Shown: piece by piece, positions 1-8,258 of the stretch
Layout of the letters: each line of letters begins with the position of its first letter
How positions within the stretch are numbered: the stretch's first letter is position 1
Source of the DNA: Amoebidium appalachense
Taxonomy: Eukaryota; Protista; Ichthyosporea
Assembly: GCA_963693365.1 (NCBI GenBank)
Contig: CAVNZM010000066.1
Span: 1 to 19,761 of the forward strand
Length of the DNA stretch: 19,761 nt
Reading direction: 5' to 3'
The notes under the pieces: model-generated
The model's database searches: none
Seen by the model: the letters and a program-made list of their open reading frames with translations, nothing else
What the model was told of the DNA's origin: nothing
Translations under genes and position numbers: made by a program

Positions 1-104
1 CCGGCCTGCAAGACACAGCCGCAGGAGCACTCACAGACTACCTAGGTACTTTGGTGGCCGGCCCTGCCAGCCAGCCCGCACGAAAGAAGCGCCGACGTCG
101 CTAA
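1..104 (+). CDS. pol: C-terminal fragment of Pol (after chromodomain core, ending RKKRRRR*) of the upstream copy; runs off the window start
   Basis: Same sequence as 18234-18337; stop TAA at 102-104. Confidence 0.9.
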   Translation, partial: GLQDTAAGALTDYLGTLVAGPASQPARKKRRRR

Positions 105-155
105 CTTCCCTCAGCCTGGTGGTTTACCGTCTCCAGACCATACCACCAGGCTCCC

Positions 156-169
156 GAGAAGGGGGGGAG
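156..169 (+). other. Polypurine tract (plus-strand primer) of the upstream copy
   Basis: GAGAAGGGGGGGAG immediately 5' of the LTR start TGTAAACA at 170. Confidence 0.92.
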
Positions 170-779
170 TGTAAACATCTGTACACGCCGTACATGTTTA
201 CTATTACGAATATACTGTACATATCATAGTGATCACGTAGATATTGTGTACATATGATCAGATCAATATCACACGCGACAGCCGCGGGCTGCGGCTCACG
301 ACTGAGCCGCGGCGCCGGCAATATGCAGTGGCCGTGCAGTCAGTATGAACCAATAGAATTCGAGAACCGCTAGGATAGGAATGCAAGTCTCATCCACTAC
401 GGAGGCGACATCTATAGCTAAACGAACGGAACCAATAAGGAAATCAGACCCAGTTGCATAAACCTAAACGGGCTTAAGTATTGACCAATCATTTGCCACA
501 AAGTTATCCTTTTAGTTAGCTTCATGTTATTGGTGCACTGTGTGCACATAAAGACGACCGCACTCTTCTGACTGGTCAGAAGTCACGAAGGCATCAATGC
601 CACCCATCCAGATGATCCGGAACCTGGGGGCTATATAAACAAGCCGTCCCAGTACGGGGGATCACTCTGAACGAGCACATTAAATAGTAACCTGGCCGCG
701 TGTGCCTTACTACCCGTTCTCTGTCTTTATTCTGATTCAGTTGTTCTCTGCCTTATCCCAACTAGTTCAACTGTTTACA
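170..779 (+). repeat. LTR A (610 bp, complete)
   Basis: Starts TGTAAACA and ends TGTTTACA (8-bp terminal inverted repeat, TG...CA). Directly repeated at 780 and 18403. Confidence 0.97.
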
Positions 780-1388
780 GTAAACATCTGTACACGCCGT
801 ACATGTTTACTATTACGAATATACTGTACATATCATAGTGATCACGTAGATATTGTGTACATATGATCAGATCAATATCACACGCGACAGCCGCGGGCTG
901 CGGCTCACGACTGAGCCGCGGCGCCGGCAATATGCAGTGGCCGTGCAGTCAGTATGAACCAATAGAATTCGAGAACCGCTAGGATAGGAATGCAAGTCTC
1001 ATCCACTACGGAGGCGACATCTATAGCTAAACGAACGGAACCAATAAGGAAATCAGACCCAGTTGCATAAACCTAAACGGGCTTAAGTATTGACCAATCA
1101 TTTGCCACAAAGTTATCCTTTTAGTTAGCTTCATGTTATTGGTGCACTGTGTGCACATAAAGACGACCGCACTCTTCTGACTGGTCAGAAGTCACGAAGG
1201 CATCAATGCCACCCATCCAGATGATCCGGAACCTGGGGGCTATATAAACAAGCCGTCCCAGTACGGGGGATCACTCTGAACGAGCACATTAAATAGTAAC
1301 CTGGCCGCGTGTGCCTTACTACCCGTTCTCTGTCTTTATTCTGATTCAGTTGTTCTCTGCCTTATCCCAACTAGTTCAACTGTTTACA
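780..1388 (+). repeat. LTR B (609 bp, lacks the first T); 5' LTR of the main element
   Basis: Copy of 171-779 at offset 609; ends TGTTTACA and is followed by the PBS. Confidence 0.97.
959..1277 (+). promoter_or_regulatory. LTR RNA polymerase II promoter: CCAAT boxes, TATA box, initiator-like element
   Basis: CCAAT at 959, 1041 and 1094, ATTGG at 1138, TATATAAA at 1241-1248. TCACTCT (fits YYANWYY) at 1271-1277 is 30 bp after the TATA start. The same motifs occur in the other two LTRs. Confidence 0.7.
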
Positions 1389-1389
1389 T

Positions 1390-1403
1390 TGGCGACCGCG
1401 CAG
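1390..1403 (+). other. Primer-binding site, probably tRNA-Arg (UCG-type)
   Basis: TGGCGACCGCG(CAG) lies 1 nt after the LTR end. It is complementary to ...CGCGGUCG-CCA, the 3' end of eukaryotic tRNA-Arg(UCG) as I recall it. TGGCGACC PBSs are known from 412/mdg1-type gypsy elements. Confidence 0.82.
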
Positions 1404-1440
1404 TTCCAGAATCTCACATCTTTCAAGAATCTCTTCAACC

Positions 1441-3440
1441 ATGGCGGGCGAATTTGACGACTACCCTGTACTCTCGGACAATGAAAGCAAACTGACACGT
1501 GACACCAAGAAGCCTACCGCAGTCAAACCGCCGCCCCCAACGCAGAAGAAAGCCAAGACTCCGGGGCAGGGCACGAAAACACTCCCCACCCCCTCCCCCT
1601 ACACAGCCTCGTGCTCCCCAGAAACCGAACACGATCACAAAACCCAACACACACACGAACACAAAGGCAACTACGAAGCCCACTGGCAACGAACAAACGA
1701 AGCCCAACGAAAGCACGAAACCCAAAGACAAAACGAAGCGCAACGAACACACGAAAACCAACGAACATACGAACACCAACGAACACACGAACACCAACAA
1801 ACACACGAACGAACTTCAAGTAGCAACGAAGGAAAAAACGAAACAAGACCGGGACACTGCCACAGCTCTGGCAGAGGTGCGGGGCCGTGTTCTCTCCAAG
1901 TTCTATCGTATTGAAACTCTGAGACGTGCCATTCAAACTGCAACCGATGCTGGGCGGCCTGTGATGGACCTCGAAGCTGATGTCGCGCAGATTTACAGTG
2001 AGATTTCGCAGATGGAAGACACCACACTGTCTAGAATGTTGTGCACGTCCGCGAAATGGTCTGAGTTGGAGCGGGAAGCACAGTTGGTGGCTGAGGCACG
2101 AGTGAAAAATACGACGGTGCCCACCACCCCCCGTCCTCCCCCACCCACCACAGGCAAGAAGCCTTTGTCCCCGGTCCCATCTGGGTGCACTGATCCCAAG
2201 GTAATTGCACCTCCCGCACCCCCCACTAAATTTACATATAAGGATGTGCTTGCGCGCACACTCAGCTACACTGATTCTGATGCTGAAAATGAAGAAAAAC
2301 ACGAACAAAGTTACGAAGACACACCCACAAACGAAAACGAACACATGACTGCGAAAGTGCATGAAGAAGATCACTTCGACCAGCCTAAAGCACCCGTATT
2401 TAACGAAATCCCCCTTGCAGGATCCCCTCTGGCGTCTGCAGGTGGACTGGCAGGCACGCCAAGTCGCCCGAGAGGCTCTGATGTCAGCACAGGCTCAGGA
2501 GGTAAGGCTGGGTCTATATTGAACAAGCACTTTGCAGAGCACGAAAAACTGTGGTTGCACCCTCTCCGCCAGTTGCATGCATCCGAATACGGCCCCATCT
2601 TGGCTGCATTGAAACTACCAGAATACAAGGGTGACTTGCAGGATAAATGCACGGTGATTGAATGGCTGCACGAATTTTCCCAGCAGATGTTTTGCATTGC
2701 AGGGGTCCCCCCCACACTTGCTGTTCGCTGGGCGGTGCAGTGCTTTCCTCTTGCTTCCCCCGCCCGTGTGTGGTACACGAATTTTACCAGGACACAGGGA
2801 GAACTCACGTTTGATGCATTTGCACATGCACTAGTTACGAAATTTCACGACCAGCGTGTGCAAGAGGCACTCAGTGCCGAATTAAATGCACTCAAACAAG
2901 GCAAGCAAAAGGTGGCCGAATTTGCAAGCAGGCATGCGCGTTTGTGGGCACGTGTGTACCCCCTTAAGTCTGAGGCACACCAAATTTTGGATGTCTCACC
3001 GATTGGGTGGGGAAGACGAACAAGAATTTCGCAAATATCAACTCAGACAAACACGAAAAGAAGAAGAATTGACCCTGTCTGGAGTTGTTGCCTATCTCGC
3101 AGAAAAAGAAAGAGACAGGCACACACGAACCCCATCCACCATTCTAACACAGAAACCCCCCACAAAACAGCAACCCGGTGGTGGATCTGGTGCCAGCGAG
3201 AAGCCGTCTATTTTTTCGCGCATGGGCACCACCCCCTGCAACCGTGGGTGCAAGTACGGCAGCCACGCCGAAGGCAAGACGTGCCCGGCCCTCAAATTCG
3301 AATGCCACTCCTGCAAGCAGAAGGGGCACTTTGGGGGGTCACCAATTTGCCCCAAGTACGACCCCAACTTTAAGAAGGGAACCCGCAAGGCAGAGATTGA
3401 GGCTAATCGGGCCAAGTTCAAGAGAGCACGTGTAGAATAG
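1441..3440 (+). pseudogene. gag: gag (low-complexity N-terminus, retrotransposon capsid-like domain, double zinc knuckle), split over three frames by two +1 frame changes
   Basis: ATG in strong ACCATGG context at 1441 (frame of ORF 1441-1914). Capsid-like LPEYKG...IEWL...ARVWY...TFDAFAHALVTKF...LKQGKQKVAEFASR lies in the frame of ORF 1499-3373. Zinc knuckles CNRGC..H..CPA..CHSCKQKGH..C lie in the frame of ORF 2886-3440, which ends in TAG at 3438-3440. Confidence 0.85.
1655..1843 (+). repeat. Degenerate ~18-bp minisatellite (ACGAACACACGAACACCA-like) within the gag N-terminus
   Basis: Units such as ACGAACACACGAAAACCA / ACGAACATACGAACACCA / ACGAACACACGAACACCA encode TNEHTN-like repeats in the main gag frame. 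Confidence 0.85.
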
Positions 3441-3524
3441 GAAGGCGGGCAAGGGACTGGTCTCTCCCCAGTAGAACATAATGTATTTGATTTAATAGCA
3501 GAGCTGGAACTGTGTTCCCCTCTG
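3438..3524 (+). promoter_or_regulatory. Putative gag-pol UAG stop-codon readthrough signal (also at 8256 and 13253)
   Basis: A single TAG separates the gag end from pol in the same frame, and the frame is open from 3441 (GAA GGC GGG CAA...). A purine-rich spacer is followed by pairing segments GGGA/TCCC and ACTGG/CCAGT, then a hairpin at 3499-3524. Confidence 0.72.
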
Positions 3525-6500
3525 GCAGATAAATTGCAAAATAAATCTACTGGTGCGGAAATTTCTGTTGTCTCGGAGCCCTCCCACGAATCTGCATGTG
3601 CCCCACCCCCCCACGAACAGTTACCCCCGTGTACTGACCCCCCCATGCACACGCACACCCCGCCCCCGCGCAAAAAGAAAAATGTGCATTTTGCTGACCG
3701 TGTGCACTCCTCCATTGCAGAACCACGGCATGAAAATGCCACTGTGTGCACATTAACCCACGAAAATAAATGCACAGCCACACTTGCGCGAATGTATGTG
3801 CATGGGAAGCTAGTCACAGTAGTTGTCGACTCTGGTGCTAGCCATAGCTGTATAAGCACAGCATTTTACGAATCTCTCCCTGTAGTGGCAAGAAAACGAA
3901 TTCAGCATGTTCCTAATTTTAGTGTACTGGATGCACAAAGTAACGAAATGACATGCCAAGGAAGTATATCTCTCACTCTCGCCATTCCCAACGAATCTGC
4001 TCTAGTGGTGCACAGATGGCATGTGATTGATAATCTACCATATGATGCCTTATTAGGTGTTGATTTCATGGGGCCACAACAGGGACGAATTGATTACGGT
4101 GCTGCAGAACTTTCGTTCATGTATGCTAAGGGAAATCGCAGGTGCAGTATTCCGGTGTGGTGGTTGCGTGGGAGTGCGGAGGAGACAGCTGTTTCTCGCG
4201 TATTAATTACCACCACAGGTATTCACCTCCCGGTAGATGCGTCAAATATCGAAACGTGTAAAATAAAACCCGCTGCCGGCGCACCACCACCACGAACTTT
4301 AGACTGTTGTATGGGCACAGTGGTTCCATGTGGTCCACTTAATTCACGGGCTTACACAACAGCATGCAGTGTCACCAGTTTAGCTCGAATTTCGAATAAC
4401 GAACCCCCCCTCTCCACTAGCGAAGAAAGTGTGATCGAGGACGAATACGAATGCAAGGTGTTGTTGACTAACACATCGGACCATCATGTGTACCTAGGCC
4501 CTGGTACGGAGGTGGCCATGTTTATTCCCTTGCAATCAGATGACACTGTTACTCTTTTAGCACGTCCACACTCCGGTAATGGAACCAGGAGGGCGACAAC
4601 CCCACACCCTGGCCATCCATTAGGTACCTCTGCTAAAACGAACTTTTCTTCGCAGGAATCAACCGAAGAACCCACCGAACACGAACCACACACTTTCCAG
4701 GCGGCTACTAATATTAACGGTAGTATTAAGGTGTGTGAACGGAGTAAAATTATGAATATGAGTACGAAAGAGAACACCACACAGCGCAGTTCCACGAAAA
4801 TGAATGGTTTTGGTAATCCAGCACGAACAAAACCAGAGGTAGGGCCACCTACTATCGAAGCAGCAGATGGGGCACCATCTACCACTGCACTGGAGGATAC
4901 GAATAATTTACGAAAGCGTACGCACGAATGTACCTCCGACGGGGAAGCCGCCACAGACGACGACTTGCCTTTTGGGGTCAAACCTCCAGAAGAATACGAC
5001 ATGCCTGGAACTCCCCCAGACCAACGGAAACCGTTGGCGAAACGGATACGAAAACTGCTTAAGAAATGGAAGCATGTGTTCTCTGCACACGACAACGACT
5101 TTGGTTTGAGTACCTTAGACGAACTGTCGATCGAAGTAACTACCACCATACCACAGTACCGCAGGCCCTATAACATCCCACATCACCTTCGCGATAGCCT
5201 ACACAAACAAATTCAAAATTGGGTAGAGTTTGGAGTGATTGAGCCTGCGTCCAGCCCTTACTCCGCTCCGATGGTGTTGGTGGCGAAAAAGGACGGGTCT
5301 TTAAGAGTCTGCATTGATTTTAGAATGCTGAACTTGATTACGAAGAAAGACGGTTACCCTTTACCACGAATTGACATGGCTCTGGGTATGCTCAGAGGTG
5401 CCCGCGTGTTTTCCGCACTTGATTTAAACGGTGGTTACCACCAAGTCAAAGTAGCCGATAACGACAAAGAAAAACTTTCATTTACCACCCCCTGGGGGCA
5501 GTATCAATTCGCACGCGCACCTTTTGGAGTAAGTAACATGCCTGCTGTCTTTTCAAGGATGATGAAGCGTGTATTCGCTGGTATGCTGTGGACACATGTA
5601 CTCATATATCTCGATGACTTATTAGTTATGTCACCCACTATCGAAGAACATTTTGGGCATTTAGATTCATGTTTTTCCCGGCTCTGTGATGCAGGATTAA
5701 AACTGAAAGGCAGAAAATGCTCTTTGTTCATGGAAGAAGTTGGCTATTTAGGCCATCGCGTATGCCCGGATGGTATTAAGGTAGACCCAGAAAAAGTGGC
5801 AGCAATAAAGAATAAAAGCTACCCACAAAATTTATCTGAGCTACGAAGTGACCTCGGGTTATTTTCATATTATCGAATATTTGTGGACGATTTCAGCCAT
5901 ACGGCTGAACCACTCACGCGAATGCTGGGCACCTCGAAGGAGGATTCAGAATTACTAAAACGAATTCACGCAAAAATGCCCCCCTCTACGAAACCCGCCA
6001 AACGCAACGGCAGCGCAAAACAACGAAAAGACGAAGCAAAAAATTTGCACGCCGATTCTGCAGCTATTTTGGCCACGAAAAAGAAAGCACAGAAAAATGC
6101 TGCATGGGTGTGGGGTACGGAACAGGAGAAAGCATACGATACCCTTAAGAATGCGTTAATTAATGCACCTGTGCTTGCTCACCCCGATTTCACCAAACCT
6201 TTTATTGTTGACTCAGATGCTTCACAGTATGCTCTGGGCGCAGTGATTTCGCAGGTAGGTGATGACGGCAAAGAACGACCCATAGCTTATGCTAGCAGAA
6301 CACTCTCTAAGAGTGAACGAAATTATGCGGCGAATAAAAGGGAAGCCTTAGGTGTGTATTGGGCTGTGTGCAAAGCATTTCGCGCTTACACCTATGGGGC
6401 TCCTTTCTTGTTACGAACCGACCACTCCAGCTTGACGCGCATTCTGTCTACCGGCGATGCACCGGAACCTGTTGTTGCAGGCTGGCAAATGGCGCTTTCC

Positions 6501-8258
6501 GCATACACATACGAAATTCAGCACAGGGCGGGCAAACACCACAGCAATGCTGATGGACTCTCTCGGCCATCTAAAGAAAATGCGCAACCAGGACCCGAAG
6601 ATACTGAGCTGACATACCCCTCACTGATCGGCACAGTCTCGGGCTCGTTCACGGTGTTTGCGGTAACACGCTCCGCCGCAGCGACAGCGCAGGCACAAGC
6701 TGCCACCCATCCACCCCCAGCTGAACCCACGAAACCTAATACCACGCCGCCAGAATTTATTCCCCCAAAAGCGGATGGACGAATGCCCACCTATGAACAG
6801 TATGTGTCAGCACAGAAGGCTGATAAACACATTGCGAAAGTCAGGGCCTACCTGGAAAAAGCACCGGGCTACGAATTATTTGGCAACGAAATCGCGATGG
6901 AAGCTAGTCGCTGCACCATAGACAATGACCTTGTGTATGTGTGGGTCCTAGAACAGCGTGGCCCCCGCAAACCCAGCAAGGAACCACGAATTTGGGTGCC
7001 GTCTACGCTTGTGCGCCTCGTTTTGGCCGCATGTCACGACGCCCCAACCGCAGGTCACCTCGACGCAGCACGCACCTTCCACCGTGTTACCCAGATAGCA
7101 TGGTGGCCACGTGTATGGCAAGACTCGGTGCAGTGGGTAACCACATGCAAAGCCTGTCAATACCGGAAGACACCCCGAATGCAAAAGAAACTACGAATTC
7201 ACGATGGTTTTATCCCCACCTATCCCTTTCAATACGTGTCTATGGACATTACTGAGATGCCTACGAAATCTGATCTCAGAGTTTCCCTGTTGGTGTTTCT
7301 CGACCTCTTCACTCGCTGGCCGGAAGTGATTTTATTTCACAAAACACCCACAGCCGAAGATGTGGCAAAGGCATTCGAAGACTCCATCTACTGCCGTCAC
7401 GGTCGTCCGGAATTTTTAGTATCAGACAACGGCGCGAATTTGGCAGCTATGTTGGTCACAGATGTCTGTCGAGTGTTGGCTACAAAACGAATTTTTGCAA
7501 GTCCCTACAGCCCCCAGACCAATGGTGCCGTAGAGCGATTCAATCGCACACTTAAGAATATTCTTGCCACTCTCGTGCAGGATAAACACCACGAATGGAT
7601 TGACTACTTACCGCAAGTACTGTTTTCCTACCGCACCGCCTACCACTCTTCCTTGGGGGACACGCCATTCTTCATGCTTTATGGCAGAGATCCGGTCGAG
7701 CCCCCCCGCCCCCCAATTGCGGCTTCATGTGGGATGGAGACGGAGGAATACCGTCGAGAACTACTGCAACGAGTGCAGTATGCCCGGCAAACAGTCACAC
7801 GAATTATGTCTGAAGCTGCCCGTCGTAGTAAAATCACGGCTAACAAAAATGCTCGTGAACCCACAGAACTCGAGGGTCTGGTGTTGAAAGCAGTCACAGA
7901 CTCCACCACCGACCACAGTCTACCCACGGCACTCAGACCTAAATGGGAAGGTCCGTATCGCGTCCTGCGGCGCGTTACCGACGCCCCCATGTCTTACGAA
8001 ATTCAGCGGGTTGGGTCAACGGACACCGTTCGAGCACACGCACGTCACTTGAAGCCGTATTTTCCCCGTGACGACGTTGATATGACGCCAGCCGACTCTG
8101 GTCCGCAAGATTCACCCACCCCCACCTTCGAAGTGGCAAAAATTATTGCCCACAAGTACGACTCGGCAACTGCCCAAGCCCTTTACAAAGTTCGTTGGAA
8201 AGGGTACACGGCTAAGAACGACACGCGGGCCAAGTTCAAGAGAGCACGTGTAGAATAG
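3441..8258 (+). CDS. pol: Pol polyprotein copy 1 (aspartic protease, RT, RNase H, integrase, truncated chromodomain fused to gag tail); ORF-track TTG start at 3534 is probably not the real start
   Basis: Protease VVDSGA (D at 3828) and LLGVDF. RT KKDGSLRVCIDFR, APFG and YLDD (5607-5618). RNase H DSDAS / REALG / TDH / NADGLSR. Integrase HHCC, SMD, SDNG, NGAVERFN and GPY. Ends ...WKGYTAKNDT-RAKFKRARVE*. Confidence 0.95.
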   Translation, partial: EGGQGTGLSPVEHNVFDLIAELELCSPLADKLQNKSTGAEISVVSEPSHESACAPPPHEQLPPCTDPPMHTHTPPPRKKKNVHFADRVHSSIAEPRHENATVCTLTHENKCTATLARMYVHGKLVTVVVDSGASHSCISTAFYESLPVVARKRIQHVPNFSVLDAQSNEMTCQGSISLTLAIPNESALVVHRWHVIDNLPYDALLGVDFMGPQQGRIDYGAAELSFMYAKGNRRCSIPVWWLRGSAEETAVSRVLITTTGIHLPVDASNIETCKIKPAAGAPPPRTLDCCMGTVVPCGPLNSRAYTTACSVTSLARISNNEPPLSTSEESVIEDEYECKVLLTNTSDHHVYLGPGTEVAMFIPLQSDDTVTLLARPHSGNGTRRATTPHPGHPLGTSAKTNFSSQESTEEPTEHEPHTFQAATNINGSIKVCERSKIMNMSTKENTTQRSSTKMNGFGNPARTKPEVGPPTIEAADGAPSTTALEDTNNLRKRTHECTSDGEAATDDDLPFGVKPPEEYDMPGTPPDQRKPLAKRIRKLLKKWKHVFSAHDNDFGLSTLDELSIEVTTTIPQYRRPYNIPHHLRDSLHKQIQNWVEFGVIEPASSPYSAPMVLVAKKDGSLRVCIDFRMLNLITKKDGYPLPRIDMALGMLRGARVFSALDLNGGYHQVKVADNDKEKLSFTTPWGQYQFARAPFGVSNMPAVFSRMMKRVFAGMLWTHVLIYLDDLLVMSPTIEEHFGHLDSCFSRLCDAGLKLKGRKCSLFMEEVGYLGHRVCPDGIKVDPEKVAAIKNKSYPQNLSELRSDLGLFSYYRIFVDDFSHTAEPLTRMLGTSKEDSELLKRIHAKMPPSTKPAKRNGSAKQRKDEAKNLHADSAAILATKKKAQKNAAWVWGTEQEKAYDTLKNALINAPVLAHPDFTKPFIVDSDASQYALGAVISQVGDDGKERPIAYASRTLSKSERNYAANKREALGVYWAVCKAFRAYTYGAPFLLRTDHSSLTRILSTGDAPEPVVAGWQMALSAYTYEIQHRAGKHHSNADGLSRPSKENAQPGPEDTELTYPSLIGTVSGSFTVFAVTRSAAATAQAQAATHPPPAEPTKPNTTPPEFIPPKADGRMPTYEQYVSAQKADKHIAKVRAYLEKAPGYELFGNEIAMEASRCTIDNDLVYVWVLEQRGPRKPSKEPRIWVPSTLVRLVLAACHDAPTAGHLDAARTFHRVTQIAWWPRVWQDSVQWVTTCKACQYRKTPRMQKKLRIHDGFIPTYPFQYVSMDITEMPTKSDLRVSLLVFLDLFTRWPEVILFHKTPTAEDVAKAFEDSIYCRHGRPEFLVSDNGANLAAMLVTDVCRVLATKRIFASPYSPQTNGAVERFNRTLKNILATLVQDKHHEWIDYLPQVLFSYRTAYHSSLGDTPFFMLYGRDPVEPPRPPIAASCGMETEEYRRELLQRVQYARQTVTRIMSEAARRSKITANKNAREPTELEGLVLKAVTDSTTDHSLPTALRPKWEGPYRVLRRVTDAPMSYEIQRVGSTDTVRAHARHLKPYFPRDDVDMTPADSGPQDSPTPTFEVAKIIAHKYDSATAQALYKVRWKGYTAKNDTRAKFKRARVE

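Larger units (their letters stand above)
1..779 (+). mobile_element. 3' end (pol tail, PPT, complete 3' LTR) of an upstream copy of the same retrotransposon
   Basis: 1-766 matches 18234-18999 (offset 18233) with no differences seen by eye. The LTR then continues to its TGTTTACA end at 779. Confidence 0.93.

Noticed and set aside
124-321. 65-aa minus-strand ORF across PPT and LTR (also 18357-18554)
   Set aside because: Non-ATG start, short, overlaps cis-acting elements and has no motif.
1655-1843. Repeat array considered as CRISPR-like
   Set aside because: No constant repeat with unique spacers and no cas genes; it is a degenerate coding minisatellite.
1435-2374. Hydrophobic minus-strand ORFs (123 aa and 283 aa) that look like membrane proteins
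   Set aside because: They are antisense shadows of the A/C-rich gag repeat, which yields V/F/C/L codons and few stops on the opposite strand.
3534-3536. TTG start of pol given by the ORF track (also 8352, 13349) and GTG start at 1499
   Set aside because: These are bacterial-style starts. The element is eukaryotic and the pol frame is open from the gag TAG, so they are not credible initiation sites.
4484-5149. 221-aa antisense ORF and the other small ORFs repeated in each pol copy
   Set aside because: They lie wholly within pol and recur only because the DNA is triplicated; there is no independent evidence of coding.
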